Positions 1 to 24,558 of a stretch of 64,000 nt of DNA are shown piece after piece. The notes under the pieces were generated by a model. The model did no database searches, had not been told where the DNA came from, and was given only the letters and a program-made list of their open reading frames with translations. Position numbers and translations under genes: made by a program. This stretch comes from Tubiluchus corallicola (taxonomy: Eukaryota > Animalia > Priapulida), in the NCBI GenBank assembly GCA_030141605.1, contig JAQGDQ010000091.1:496001-560000 (forward strand), read 5' to 3'. The stretch's first letter is position 1; each line of letters begins with the position of its first letter.

Positions 1-222
1 CGTGAAACTGCTTATTAGCAACTACAGGAGACTGGTAAAAATTTAAAGAGTTACAGAACTTCTGGTAGGTACCGAATACAGAGGACACTTGATATTGTCG
101 GTATGTTTGATATAAAACCACGTGAAGCGGATACGCTATAACACTGTTATAAATATAAATGAAGAAAGTGGTGGCACTCGCGCATACGATGATGATCTTC
201 CGCGAACTCACGCACTACGCAA

Positions 223-228
223 TATAAA
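223..228 (+). promoter_or_regulatory. Candidate TATA box of Wnt10
   Basis: TATAAA about 30 nt upstream of an Inr-like GCATT (255-259) and about 100 nt before the first in-frame ATG. Confidence 0.35.
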
Positions 229-319
229 GGCTTCAAAGTTTGTTTGAGAGGACCGCATTATGAGCGAGCTAGCCCGGTCTGTGTAATGTTGAGTTCAGTT
301 ACTTTTGTGTGCTTCAATC

Positions 320-12317
<11,998 letters not shown>

Positions 12318-15300
12318 ATTTCAGACCAAATCACCTAGTATTGTAATTGCACATGTCGAAAGCGATGTCGTATCATCACAAAACGCGAAAGTGCCTCAAC
12401 AAGACGCGAAACCTAAACAGAATGACATGCATAATTTTGCATATTTATGTATATAGGTTTAGTGTAATTAGGAAGCATGCCAGGCATTCTGGAAATAAAA
12501 TAATGGTGAGTTTTTGCTATAAAAAAAAGTAAGTTAAAGATTTCATGTACTACTCAAAGTCATTCTGGTAGTGTAACAGATGGAGTGCTACGTTATACCT
12601 GCCTACAAATGGCACCTAATGGTGAAGGGCGTTTGCCTAGGACAAAATTATATATTTTTTGACGAAGTTATACGTCTACGGTCTTGTAGTACTCAATACT
12701 GAACTAGGCAGCTCTAAAATTGTGATGGTTTAGAACCACGCATATATTATTATTGTACATAAAAACGAACTTATTCATTAATGAGATATGTAAATAAAGA
12801 TTGCCATGGGCACTCGATCTATTATAATTTTGTAGTAATTCAAGCGATTGTATAGTTTTGATGAAAAATGACTGTGATTTGTTGACATATTTTGTTATAC
12901 GAAGCCCATAGTAAGCCAAAACTACAGTCCGAGCATCACTTGCCAGCATCGTGGGGTATTTGAACACTTTGATCAACAATAATTTAATTGCATGTAGATA
13001 TTACTGCGTATTCTCTATTCTCAAAGTACTCAAAGCAGTACATAGATCTATCTATCTAAAATAGGTAGGCATGTATTTAAAATTTAAATTTCTTATATAA
13101 AATTATTTTTGGACAACCTGAAATTATGTGGCTTATTTTATCGTATTCGTATAATGATAATAGATGGATGTGACGTATTGCAATGCCTTTTAGAAAATAT
13201 TTTATTTAATAGTTGAAAACTAGCAAAATTCGCTATTGTAAGTAGTAAACTAAGTACTACATGCGCGATGACAAAAAAGAGTATAATTTTCGCATTCATT
13301 TTTACTAAATTTTAGGAATAATATTTAGGAACTACGCACTAATAATTTTCTTCTCGCAGTTTCAATTTTCTTTTGTTAAATGACTTTTTTGCTAAACCTA
13401 AAACACCTGCAGTTTTTTAGAATAATAAAATCTTACTTTTCCAGATTTATGACTCATTTACAATATAGGATTTTCGAATATGAGAATGAAAATTCGTTTT
13501 TCTGGTTGGTTACTGCCCGAATTACACAATCGTTGAACAAACATGATACTTTTAAATAAATATTTGATTAGTTAAAAAATTTTCAATGTTTACGATTATT
13601 TTATGTCCGTGTTCTATTGTTTAGAAATGTGTGTTAATGTGTATGCGTACACCTTGCAAAAACAGGAAGAGATTACCATGTTTACTGTCACTGTCACTGT
13701 CATTTAGTACATCAATCGTTTTGCCTAGTAACATTGAAAATAGTAATATTATTATTAAAAGTTATAATTATTATTGTTATGATTAGGTCGCGCCTTGCCT
13801 GCATATCCTCAGTTTCAAACGTTTTCGCCTTAGATTAAGTATCACTGTTTCTTTTGGAAGGGGTCTTTACTTGACTTTACATGAGAAAAACGCAATGCCA
13901 CTTCTTTTCTTCTCTTATTGGTCTTATTGTGAACTCATTAAAACATTATTAAATTTCTCGATGAGTGTTTTAAAAACAATGTCCTCCTTGTCGCTTAATA
14001 CGATATTGTAACGAAATTGGACGGTATTGATTCGCTCTGTCACGGTAAAGTTATGCACAAAACGTCTACTTATGTAAAACAAAGTGAAGTTACAGATTTA
14101 AGTAACTTGCCAGATATCTAATTAAATGAGCTCCATGCTGGTTGTCACTACGGAACATGTGCTGAGATGGAATATGCACCTGCCCGTCAGCTCACTGAAC
14201 CAAGGAATGAGGCTGCTCCATGACGATGGTTTTATATCTGCTATTCAAAGCCATTGTGTAATAGCTTCGTCATCACAATGTAACGGGGGAGGGGTTGAAA
14301 ATAAATGGCACTTAGCCCCCATAACAATATTGATCAGTTCTTCTTTACGCTGTAGCGCTGGTTTCTCGACCAAATACGTTTACAAAGTAGCATGCAGGTA
14401 ATAGTAATCACCCCCCCCCCTCCGCCCATGCAAGTAAGGTGTGCTTCACGGCCGAACTTGGTAAAGCTAAGACTTGCTAGTGAATGGATGGGTTAGTTAA
14501 CAAATTCACTCACCACACCGTTCTGTATCTCATCTAAGAAGATTATCCTGATAATGAGTTAGGTTCCGGTCCTGTACAACCGACAACATTAGGCTGGCCC
14601 TGCCATTCAGTGCTGGATTCCAGCTTAACTTGGGCAGCCATGTAACCTCTTAATTTTGTAATAACTGTTCGCTTCACTGCCGACTGCAAATAAAGACTAG
14701 AATAATTATTAATTTAATATTAGGCTTCAATTTCACTTAAGATTACACCGCAAAAGTTGCGGACATAAATTTGATTTTAGTTTTAAAAAGTATTTGACAT
14801 TTTATCTTATCTCCTCTTCTTTCGTAAAGTTATAGCTTCTTGTCTCTTCTTTATTTCGTCAGTGCAAGCAACCCTTGCACATAAATAAATTATCATCATT
14901 AGACATTAGTTTAATAATTACTACTAGTCTGCGGTCTGTTCTAGAGAAAGCAACGTTGTAAAAGAATGGTCGTTGAATACCTGCAGCACCATAACTCGAG
15001 TTCTGAGGCCTAAAATAATATAAATACTGCCATTATGACCTAATATTCAACCATTAAATAAACTCTAATCGATCAATGAACCCATGCACAAGCCGCAACC
15101 TTTAATCAAAGTCTATAGTATATAATGCGCAATCAACGTTTGGCAGTGATTGTAAGAACTGGCGGTAGATGTTGAGTCTACAGTTAAGGAAATCAGTTCT
15201 CTTATAAACAAAACAAAACTAACAGACCTTGTAGTTCACGGTTTTTATACGTACACAATCATCAACATTTATCAACGACTATTAAAACCTGAATCTTCAT

Positions 15301-15738
15301 CGGGAGAGGTTCACATTTGGAAGCTTACCGGTATACTGTGATCTTGTGGATTACTCATGAAATTATTGCAAAGCGCAAAGTGCATTTATCAATAAGTACT
15401 GCGTGTCTGTGTTTGTGTGCATAGCAATCTTGTATAATGGCGTAATGCCTCTTGTAATAAATGTTCAAATACTTGTTACCGAAAGAAATAAGCGGAACTG
15501 GGACCGGGATTTTTCCCGTGAATTGATTCATTTTGGCAAAACTAGGTTTTCTTGTATCGCAGACAGAACTGTTCTTGTGTATGTGGAATATAATTCTAGG
15601 TGAACAGGATAACTATTTAAGTGAAGAATTATGCAACTGAGAAGCAGCGGCATGTGTATGTGGCAGTTGACAATATTGGGACTAACCTTGGTAAACAATA
15701 TTGTTTAATACAGTAAACGACAAAGAAAATGTGAACTA

Positions 15739-16084
15739 AGGGGTGTCAGGAAAAGATTGCTTCCCCAAGTGCAAACGAAAATGAAAAAAATAGATAAAAA
15801 TCCATGTGAAATCCATCACATCACAAAGATGTGAAAAAGAGCATTTAATTTTGAGTTAAGAAGACTTTAACATCTAACGCTGCTGTTGTACACACATCTG
15901 AGGGCCATAATGAACAGGTTTGCGATTCAAGTTTGATTCATGGTTTCTGACAATAAAAAGTGAAAAATTTAATAAACACATTAAATTGAAAATATTATAA
16001 TGATTAACGTATTAAAAATATAAGTTTATATCTACTTGGTGACAACTTTTAAGTATGGCAAGACAATCATTTCCTGACACCCTG
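15739..16084. mobile_element. Tc1/mariner-type MITE (~346 bp)
   Basis: Terminal inverted repeats (A)GGGGTGTCAGGAAAAGATTG and CAATCATTTCCTGACACCCTG, flanked by TA on both sides; no ORF. Confidence 0.75.
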
Positions 16085-16845
16085 TACAACGTGATTACAT
16101 TTATTGCAATTATTCACAATGAAAAGACTGTAGAGGCAACAAACTTAATACGAAAGCAGAATTAGCTCTACTACTTATCAAAAATGGACCGAGGTTTACT
16201 GCAATAAAACAGGAAGTACTGTAATTAAGGTTCACTGATATATTTTTTCGACCAACAAGTACCAGTGATCCAAAATTGTATTCACGACCGAATCATCAAG
16301 AATGTTTGTAATCAGATCATAAAATTTAAAAACGCGCAGTCGTTGCTACATTGTTTTTGATGACCAATTTTATCTGACGTCTAAAGAGAAACGCCAGAAG
16401 ACGGGACAAAAAGACCGATTTGTCTTTTTGTCTTTTAGAGTTTAAGCTCCGACCCAGTTCCAAGTCTGAATGCCAACTCAATGTAAATGCCAACTTAGAC
16501 GGTGTCAATCTCAGTATGGAATACATTTGCTCGGGCAAATCGGGCAAATCTAATTGTTTTTCATCTTAAGTATTATGAAGAGTATTGTTAATGCTGGTAA
16601 AAAGCACAATTAATTGAATCAAAATGAAAATTACTCTAATTTTGCAGAAACATTCGTTGGCCAGCTATAAGAAATTGCTATGAGAGAAACTTTGGACTGA
16701 AATAATCGCTGGGGAAGAAGGTAGTCCAGTGGTTATGGCGTCCTTGGTTAAACCCAAGCTGTGTTTCACATATCCAGTTTTTCTAAGTTTAGCTTCAAAA
16801 TTCAATTGATAGTGGGCTTATATTATCAGGTAAAAGTTTTTGTAG

Positions 16846-16923
16846 GTAGCTAAAGAAGCGGTTCAAGCGACTGACATAAAGGTGTCGCTATTAGGAGGCA
16901 CAGCATGCTGGAGAGGAAAAGAG
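16846..16923 (+). CDS. Possible upstream exon of the sphingomyelinase gene (VAKEAVQATDIKVSLLGGTACWRGKE)
   Basis: tgtag acceptor, strong GAG|gtaagt donor, open in phase 0 and compatible with the 17865 exon. No start exon was identified. Confidence 0.35.
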
Positions 16924-17727
16924 GTAAGTTACGGAATTAATATTCAGAACAAATTTTCACTGGTTGTCATTCAGTACCAATGTGTGGCTCGCAATTAGAT
17001 TAATTATTCGTTTGTTATTGACCCTTTGCTCTATTTAGTATTCATTTTGAGAAGTTAACATAGATTAATCGTCACACGATTTGATACAAAGTCGGGTTGT
17101 TCCTTTTACATTTGCTTCTATCATATATACATGCGCTAAATATATTATTCATTGCAATAGATCACTCAAACCTAAAAACTGAAAGCTTGCCTGCCGCATA
17201 ATTAATAACAGTTGCATTGAAAATTAATTTTTGCCTATGATATATTTTAGAAACAGAAATTTAGAAACAGATACATTATTAAATAAAGTTGATAATTTGA
17301 TATGATCAGTCAAAATGGTCCAGTGTATGATACCTACATACTAGGTCAAATTAAAAATAAACACCACAGTCGCACGTATTAGGGATTCAACAAACATACA
17401 CATCTTTCTGACGTGTGACGTGAAAACTCCAGTCTGCAGGTGAAACAAGCACTTGAGCAGTGTAAAGCCAGATAATATGTAACTGGACTCTTGACACTTC
17501 AACGCTAACATCAGATTTGCACATGTCTCATGCTAAATGGGATGAATAAATTCTCCTAGATCTGTAATCAACTTTATGTTTGAGTTGTAAAATTGATTAA
17601 ACAAGGAAAAGTCACACGACATTTTACCTGAACCATGTCTCTAATCAATTTTTAGTTGAAAAAGCTATTTTTGCACTTTATATCTCTGCAAATAAATTTA
17701 TTGTGGTGCTTAATATCGTCTAGAAGA

Positions 17728-17730
17728 GTG

Positions 17731-17776
<46 letters not shown>

Positions 17777-17789
17777 CGCGCGTGTGCGT

Positions 17790-17824
<35 letters not shown>
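17728..17824. repeat. (GT)n dinucleotide microsatellite with GC interruptions
   Basis: Read directly. Confidence 0.95.
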
Positions 17825-17864
17825 CCCTGCGCGAAAATTAAGGTACTTATGATACATTTTTTAG

Positions 17865-19361
17865 GATGACTTTCCTGTTTGGGCTACCTACTTCGTTAGC
17901 TTTCTAAAACCTCAGGAAGTCTTCACACAACCAGATATCTGCTGTGTTCGAGCAAACGTTCAAGGTATAGTGCTTGAACACTGCATAGAAACTCAGCACA
18001 AGAAACTAGCTGATGACACTCCAGGATTATGGCTAGGTAATATTAAACATATTCCAGACAAATTTCTATTGATAAATAACAGTATGCGAATACTACACAC
18101 ATAAGCCAGTAAAATTTTCAGTATGTTTTAAGCAATATAATTATTATGCGATTACAACGAAAGATGGGTTGTTGCTTAAGTTCAGTATGGCAGATTTTCC
18201 CAGAAATTGGTTTCTCGTAACAAGAGTGGGTATCACGAAATATCGTTTAGTATTGCTTATTATACTGTGTTTTTAGGACGCGCGCCGTTTTGTACTGCTG
18301 AAAATGCAGATTGCACTGCATTAGGATTCGAATACGTTAGAAGCGACAAACGAGGAGATGGGAAACGATGTTGGGTAGGATCTAAAGTGTACTGCCGTTG
18401 GACTGAACCAGTTACTCCACTTATCGACACCCCAGTTAACCATCTAACAGTAGTTACATACAACGTCAACGAAAGGCCTTATTTCACACATGATGGGCAA
18501 CAGGAAAGAACGTGCCGAATACCAACTGCCCTTCTTGGTCAAGTCCCAAAAGCTGACGTCATTGTTTTTCAGGAACTGTTCATGGGTGGCTGCGTCCCAG
18601 ATCAGTTGAACATTCGTAGGCTTCTGCGTCGTCAGGGTTTTCCATATACAACAGAAGTTCTAGGGAACCTGGAAGATAGGGAGTTTTTTACAGTGGTCAA
18701 TGGAGGCATCATGATAGCGTCAAAGTGGCCAATAACACAAGAAAACGACTGGCTATTTTCCGCATATGATGAAACAACACTGGATATGTTTGCTGATAAA
18801 GGTGCCAAGTATGTCCGCTTGCGTAAAACAGTAGATGGTAGAGCCAAGGATTACCACATCATTGGTGTCCATATGCAAGCCCACGGCGGTGAATCGAGAC
18901 AAGAAACGAGAGAATCTCAGATTGCCGAGATGAGCAGTTTTGTAAGGGCTCTACACATTCCAATGAAAGAACCTTTGATTTTTACTGGCGACTTCAATAT
19001 GGATCGGAACGACGATAATGAAGTGGAACAAATTCCTTTTAATCTGGTCGAGTTGGACGCTGAACTTCCTGAAAATTATTACGACTATCCTTGCACATTT
19101 TGTGCGGAGAATGATCTAGTATTAGGGCACAGCAACGCGTATCTTGACTATGTAATGTACAGCAAAGCCCACGAGAAGCCTATTGAAAACATAATGGATG
19201 TAGTTAGAGTGAAAACAAAACAAGCTATTAAGGTATGCATTGACGCACCGTTTCAACCTTTCCACGTATACGCTCATGGCTCACTCTGCAAGACTACTAG
19301 AAAAATTCGTGATTTGTCAGATCATCACGCTGTAATAGGAAAATACGTTTTTCAGATGTAA
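17865..19361 (+). CDS. Sphingomyelinase C-like phosphodiesterase (EEP/DNase I-like fold) with N-terminal 4-Cys module; exons 17865-18036 and 18277-19361; 5' end unresolved
   Basis: Catalytic motifs in order: TYNV, DVIVFQELF, NGGIMIASKWPI, FADKGAKYV, HIIGVHMQA, EPLIFTGDFN, YLDYVMYSKAH, DLSDHHAV. These parallel Bacillus cereus SMase and S. aureus beta-toxin. A phase-1 intron joins WL-G|RAPFC. Confidence 0.88.
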
Positions 19362-19941
19362 TGAACATAGATGATTATAAACATGTTTAAATTTTTTACC
19401 ATGAAAGACAAAATTATTTTTACTGTGGCGAAATACTGGTATATAACATGACAACTTGCACGCGGTCAACATTAAAATAAAATTTACCTAAAATTATTGC
19501 GAGGAAAGGACTTGTACAATTAAATTATGACAATAACACCTAATGAGCAGTAGTAATTTATTAAATTCATGGTTGGCATCGTTAAATATTCTTGCACATG
19601 ATAGATCTAACGTTGTATAAAAATAACCTTAACATTTAAGGTTTTTTGGGCAATAATAATAATACTAGACACTAACCTTGTTCATTATAACTAGCAGCAG
19701 CTGTGATTAGGTACGTTTTATTAACAGCGTTTACATGTTGTTTAGGCTTTGTTATCTGCCCGCGTATTGTTGAAATGGCTATGCGTTTTTAAAGAAAATA
19801 CATGAACGATAATGTAATAAACGAAATTTTAGTTAAAGTTCTTCCGTAACAATCATTTGCAATTACAAACACATTTCGAATAAATAATGTACATAAAAAC
19901 CATGTTTACACACGCCGTCTTGGTTTTCATTATCGTTAAAA

Positions 19942-21376
19942 TCAATGATGATGGTTATTATTAGATCCATATCCGCCAGTACTGCCGCTGTTAAATCCAT
20001 GTCCACTTCCATGACCACTATTACTATTTCCATATCCACCATTGTTAGATCCATGTCCATTTCCATGGCCGATGCCAAAATTTGTGCCAACGAATCCTTC
20101 ACTTGCAAACATAATTTCCGATGAGACGTCACCGTACCCAGAATCATCAAACCCACCACCAACTCCATCGCCTCCAAAGCCATCCACACCAAAGCCACTA
20201 AATGTAGGAGCACCATGCGCAGAATCCTTGTAACTACCGTCAAATCCATATGGGTTTGAACTGTATCCATTACTTGAACCATGGCCAGTTCCACCATTTG
20301 AACCATAGCCACCTCCGTTATTATTAGAACCATAGCCGTTTCCGCCATTAGCGCCATAACCATTATTATTTGAGCCATGGCCAGTTCCACCATTTGAACC
20401 ATAGCCACCTCCGTTATTATTAGAACCATAGCCGTTTCCGCCATTAGCGCCATAACCATTATTATTTGAGCCATGGCCAGTTCCACCATTTGAACCATAG
20501 CCACCTCCATTATTATTTGAACCATAGCCGTTTCCGCCATTAGCGCCATAACCATTATTATTTGAGCCATGGCCAGTTCCACCATTTGAACCATAGCCAC
20601 CTCCATTAGTATTTGAACCATAGCCGTTTCCGCCATTAGTGCCATAACCATTATTATTTGAGCCATGGCCAGTTCCACCATTTGAACCATAGCCACCTCC
20701 ATTATTATTTGAACGATAGCCATTTCCACGGTTTGAGCGATAACTACCTCCATTATTCTTTGAACCATAGCCGCTGTCACCATTTGAATCGTAGCCATTT
20801 CCATTATTTTTAGAACCATAACCATTTCTACGATTTGTGCCGTAGCCATCTCCATCACTACTTGATCCTCTACTACCTCTACTACTTGATCGATAGCCAC
20901 TTCCCCCACTTGAACCATAACCAATTCCGTCATTATTGGATCTATAACCTCTTCTCCTATTTGAAGCATAACTACTTCCAAAATTGTTTGTGCTGTAGCC
21001 ATCATTTGAGCCGTAACCCCTTTTGCCGCCATTTGAGCCGTAACCGTTTGAACTATTTCTTCTACGGTTTCGCGATTTTGTTCTATGCTGTGCCAGTGTG
21101 CTCTAAAAAATTGATTTTTTACAAACCACGGAGTTTCACAATATACATGCATAGCAATTTAGTTAGCTTTAAATACCTATTATTCGACGGGATGTAGAAT
21201 ACGCCATTGTGCTACAACAGTAATAATCGATTAGCGAGAATATTGCCTACAATAGTTACACCATATAATATATAAGTTTGCCAAACTTTCATTAGCACAT
21301 AATAATGCATTTTGTACCTACTTACCATTATCAGAAACAGCAAAAAAGACAACACAATTACAGCACGTAATTTCAT
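19942..21376 (-). CDS. Secreted Gly/Asn/Ser/Tyr/His-rich low-complexity protein A (~403 aa); exons 21376-21326 and 21102-19942
   Basis: Exon 1 MKLRAVIVLSFLLFLIM|gtaagt. Exon 2 follows ttttttag and reads STLAQHRTKSRNRRRNSSNGYGSNGG..., open to TGA at 19942. It has about 4.5 copies of a 32-aa repeat and ends in HHH. The ORF track shows only its last 81 aa. Confidence 0.88.
20270..20700 (-). repeat. 96-nt coding tandem repeat, ~4.5 copies (GGGYGSNGGTGHGSNNNGYG[AT]NGGNGYGSNNN)
   Basis: Near-identical 96-nt units inside protein A exon 2. Confidence 0.9.
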
Positions 21377-22987
21377 TATAAATTGTATTTTTGAAAAAGC
21401 TATAAAGTAACGGAAAATGCACGAACAATCAAAATGTTATTGGCTAATAATGAAAAAACTACTTTTGTAATGACGTCTGTCGCAAAAGCAGATATATCTT
21501 TAGGCTCTTACTTATAATAATAATGGTACGAACACGACCTAATTTTACATATCTAAAATGACAAATACCTTGAAATATTCTTATCATTACAAAATCGAAA
21601 ATGCCCTAGGTGACGTAGGTACCGTAGGTGCCGTATCGCATTACAAAGCTCCAATAGTTGAGGCATTCCAGTTTTTCTCTCTGTTGTTTATTATGTCAAG
21701 TCAGCATATATCAGGCAAGTTGTACTAATCAATATGAATATGCGACGAGGCTTAGTTTATTTATTCTGCCCTGTATGATTTGTGAAAGTAATGCAATTAG
21801 TATACGTCTAGACGGCTTTGTTGCTTGAAAATAAAATTAATGGCACTGAGATCGCGTTTATTGTAAAGAAGAATATTTTAACGGCAATTCTGCTAACAGT
21901 TGCCAGAGGCTGTGCTTTCCAACCGATTCTGAACACTTTAAACTAGAATCTTTTTCTTTATATTGAGTAAAACGAATAAATTTATGCAATATATTAGAGA
22001 AAAATAGCAAAAAATATCACTCAGTTTAATAACTATATTTTTAAATGCGAAATCAAAACACCAACCTCGTTTGCTCGTGAAAAATATCACGTGCATCGTG
22101 GACCATCAAAATAATGATAGGATGGCTAATCATGGCTTCTTGTACATTAGCACAAGAAATTAAATGCTGGAAATTATAATTATTGTATCATTAAACAAAG
22201 AATCCACACGTTGCAATAAGCAATTAAGCATTAATCAGCTGTTACACTGTTGTGCTCTTGAAAATATGCATACGTATATTCTAATCATAAAGCCATTATA
22301 GTTAAGAGATAACTGGCAAGGCTAAGGTCGAAACGTACATCCCATAGAAATAACACACTAGTAAACGATGAAGTTCCTGAAGCATTTGATCTTTCAGGAT
22401 TAATTAAGAAGACTTGCTATACGCCAAATTCATCGAATCAGGACAAGCAATACATTAAACAGGATTTCAACACACGCCTGTTTGTTTAATTAAGTCAATT
22501 ATGTTAGTTTATTTCATATGTTATTATAATTCTTATAATTTTTAAACCTACTATATTTTATATTTCATGTGCCTCTTTTACTAAAGCCATCTCTTTTGAT
22601 ACGTGCGACTTAATCTCATTTCTGACTATAACAAGGTGTACATTTTTCAATACTGATGATGAAATGCAGAGCATTTAGGTCAATAGTCTTAACATTTTTA
22701 ATTTAAACTGTATTCAAATAAAGTAAATTGTTACTATAACTTAGCAATAAATTTAACTGTAGCTTTCAGTGCAAGTTTATTTCTATTTAATTTTTCAATT
22801 TCCTTTCTATTGCCTCTTCATTTTGTCCTTAAGACAACAACTTATCTCAAAAGTAAAAAATAACTAGTAAACAAATAAACAAATTAAAAGCAGTAATAAA
22901 TAAATAAATGAATAAATGAACAATTGCGTGAACGTGGTCCAAAATAAGCTTACCTCTCTACCTAATTAAATAAATTAAATTATTAAA

Positions 22988-24468
22988 TCATATATATATT
23001 GGCAGACCATATCTTTTGATTCTTTGGGCGACTTCGAAACCTGCATCACCGTAATTTCCGACAAATCCCGTGCCTCCAAAATGTCGTGCCTTAGTGAGTT
23101 GCAATGAAAAGCGTGGCAAAACATTTCCATTGTCGAACCCACCACCAATTCCTGTACCGCTAAAACCATCAATTTCAAATCCCGTAAATGGTATATTTCC
23201 AGTGTCATACTCTTCTACGCTGCCAGGAATACGGCCATAAATGCTCCCTTTTGTGTTTTTGTAACCCTTTCCCTTATTGCTTGACCCAAAGCCACTGTTT
23301 TCCTTTTTTAGTTTATATTTAACATCCGAGCCAAAGTATGCTTTCCCATTCTTAACAATATATTCATTTTTTTTCATTTGATTAGAACCTTGATTACCAT
23401 TGCATTTTTGTTTAAATTCGGGCCTGTATGTATTACTGTTTTTACAATTGAAGCCATCATTTGGCAAATAATCATGATAACCAACATGCAGTTTTCGTTT
23501 GTTGTTTGTGTCATATCTTTTTCTTTGGCCAGAACCATAACCGTTAACTGGGTCGTAGCCGTTTTTTTTGGTTGACTTCAAAACCCGTTTCGCCGTAATT
23601 TCCGACAAAACCCGAACCTCCAAAATTTCGTGCCTTAGAAACTTTGGACGACAAGCGAGGAGAGACTTCTCTATTCTCTAATCTATCTTCTCCATTGTTT
23701 GGATGATTTGGATACCAGTTTCTTTTATTAGTATCATAAGTTATATCGCTAACACCGTGTCTCTTACGTTTATGTTCATGATAATCAATGTTTGATACAG
23801 CCCGATTTTGACCTTTGCCTAGACCATAGTCATTTCTTTTACTGGCCAAGCCATAACCATAACGTGAATCATATTTACTTTTTGATCCATATCCTCTTCT
23901 ACCATTATTTGAGCCGTATGATCTTCTTGCATTGTGAAAATAACTTCTTTTGTTAATGGGATAATATCCACTACTCGAGTCATAGCTATTTTCTTCACTG
24001 TTTGAATCATATGAGTTTTTGCGGTAATTGTGGTACCCATTTCTTCGGTTTCTTGAATCAAAGTTCTTGTTTAAACCGTAGCCATCTCTTTCATTGTTTG
24101 AAGAATACAAGTTTTTGTACTTACTACCATATTTTCCATTACTTGAATAAAAATTGTTATTTGAGCTATATTCTGCCTTTTCATTGCCTAAGGCATAGTT
24201 GTTTTTACTGGCAGTATCATACACATTGCTTTTCTTTAAACCACAACACTTGTTCTTTAAGCTATGGCTGTTTCCAGTGTTTAAGCTGTACGAATTCTCC
24301 CTGTTACTGCCATGCCTAGTTCTTCTGCTATTCAAACCATAATCACTTCTGGAGGACTTTTTCCTTTCTCGTTGCGCCATTGCAATCTAAAATGTTTTAT
24401 TGAGAAAGTCACTTATCATGTTATGACAAAAATATGTTTAGATTAAAATACTTAATAATAATAATAAC

Positions 24469-24558
<90 letters not shown>

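Noticed and set aside
16648-16720. Further upstream coding exon for the sphingomyelinase
   Set aside because: It has splice-like ends but stops in all three frames from the acceptor. It could be UTR but cannot be supported as coding.
18207-18276. ORF-track N-terminus of the sphingomyelinase (MVSRNKSG...)
   Set aside because: TTG start, and the segment lies inside the predicted intron 18037-18276, which ends in a good pyrimidine tract plus AG.
20270-20700. CRISPR-like or other prokaryotic repeat array
   Set aside because: Units are contiguous coding repeats with no unique spacers, there are no cas genes, and the context is eukaryotic.
19863-21152. 429-aa Met/Val/Ile-rich ORF
   Set aside because: Shifted frame of protein A. 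The Gly/Tyr frame is the one in phase with the acceptor at 21103, and it carries the motif shared with protein B.
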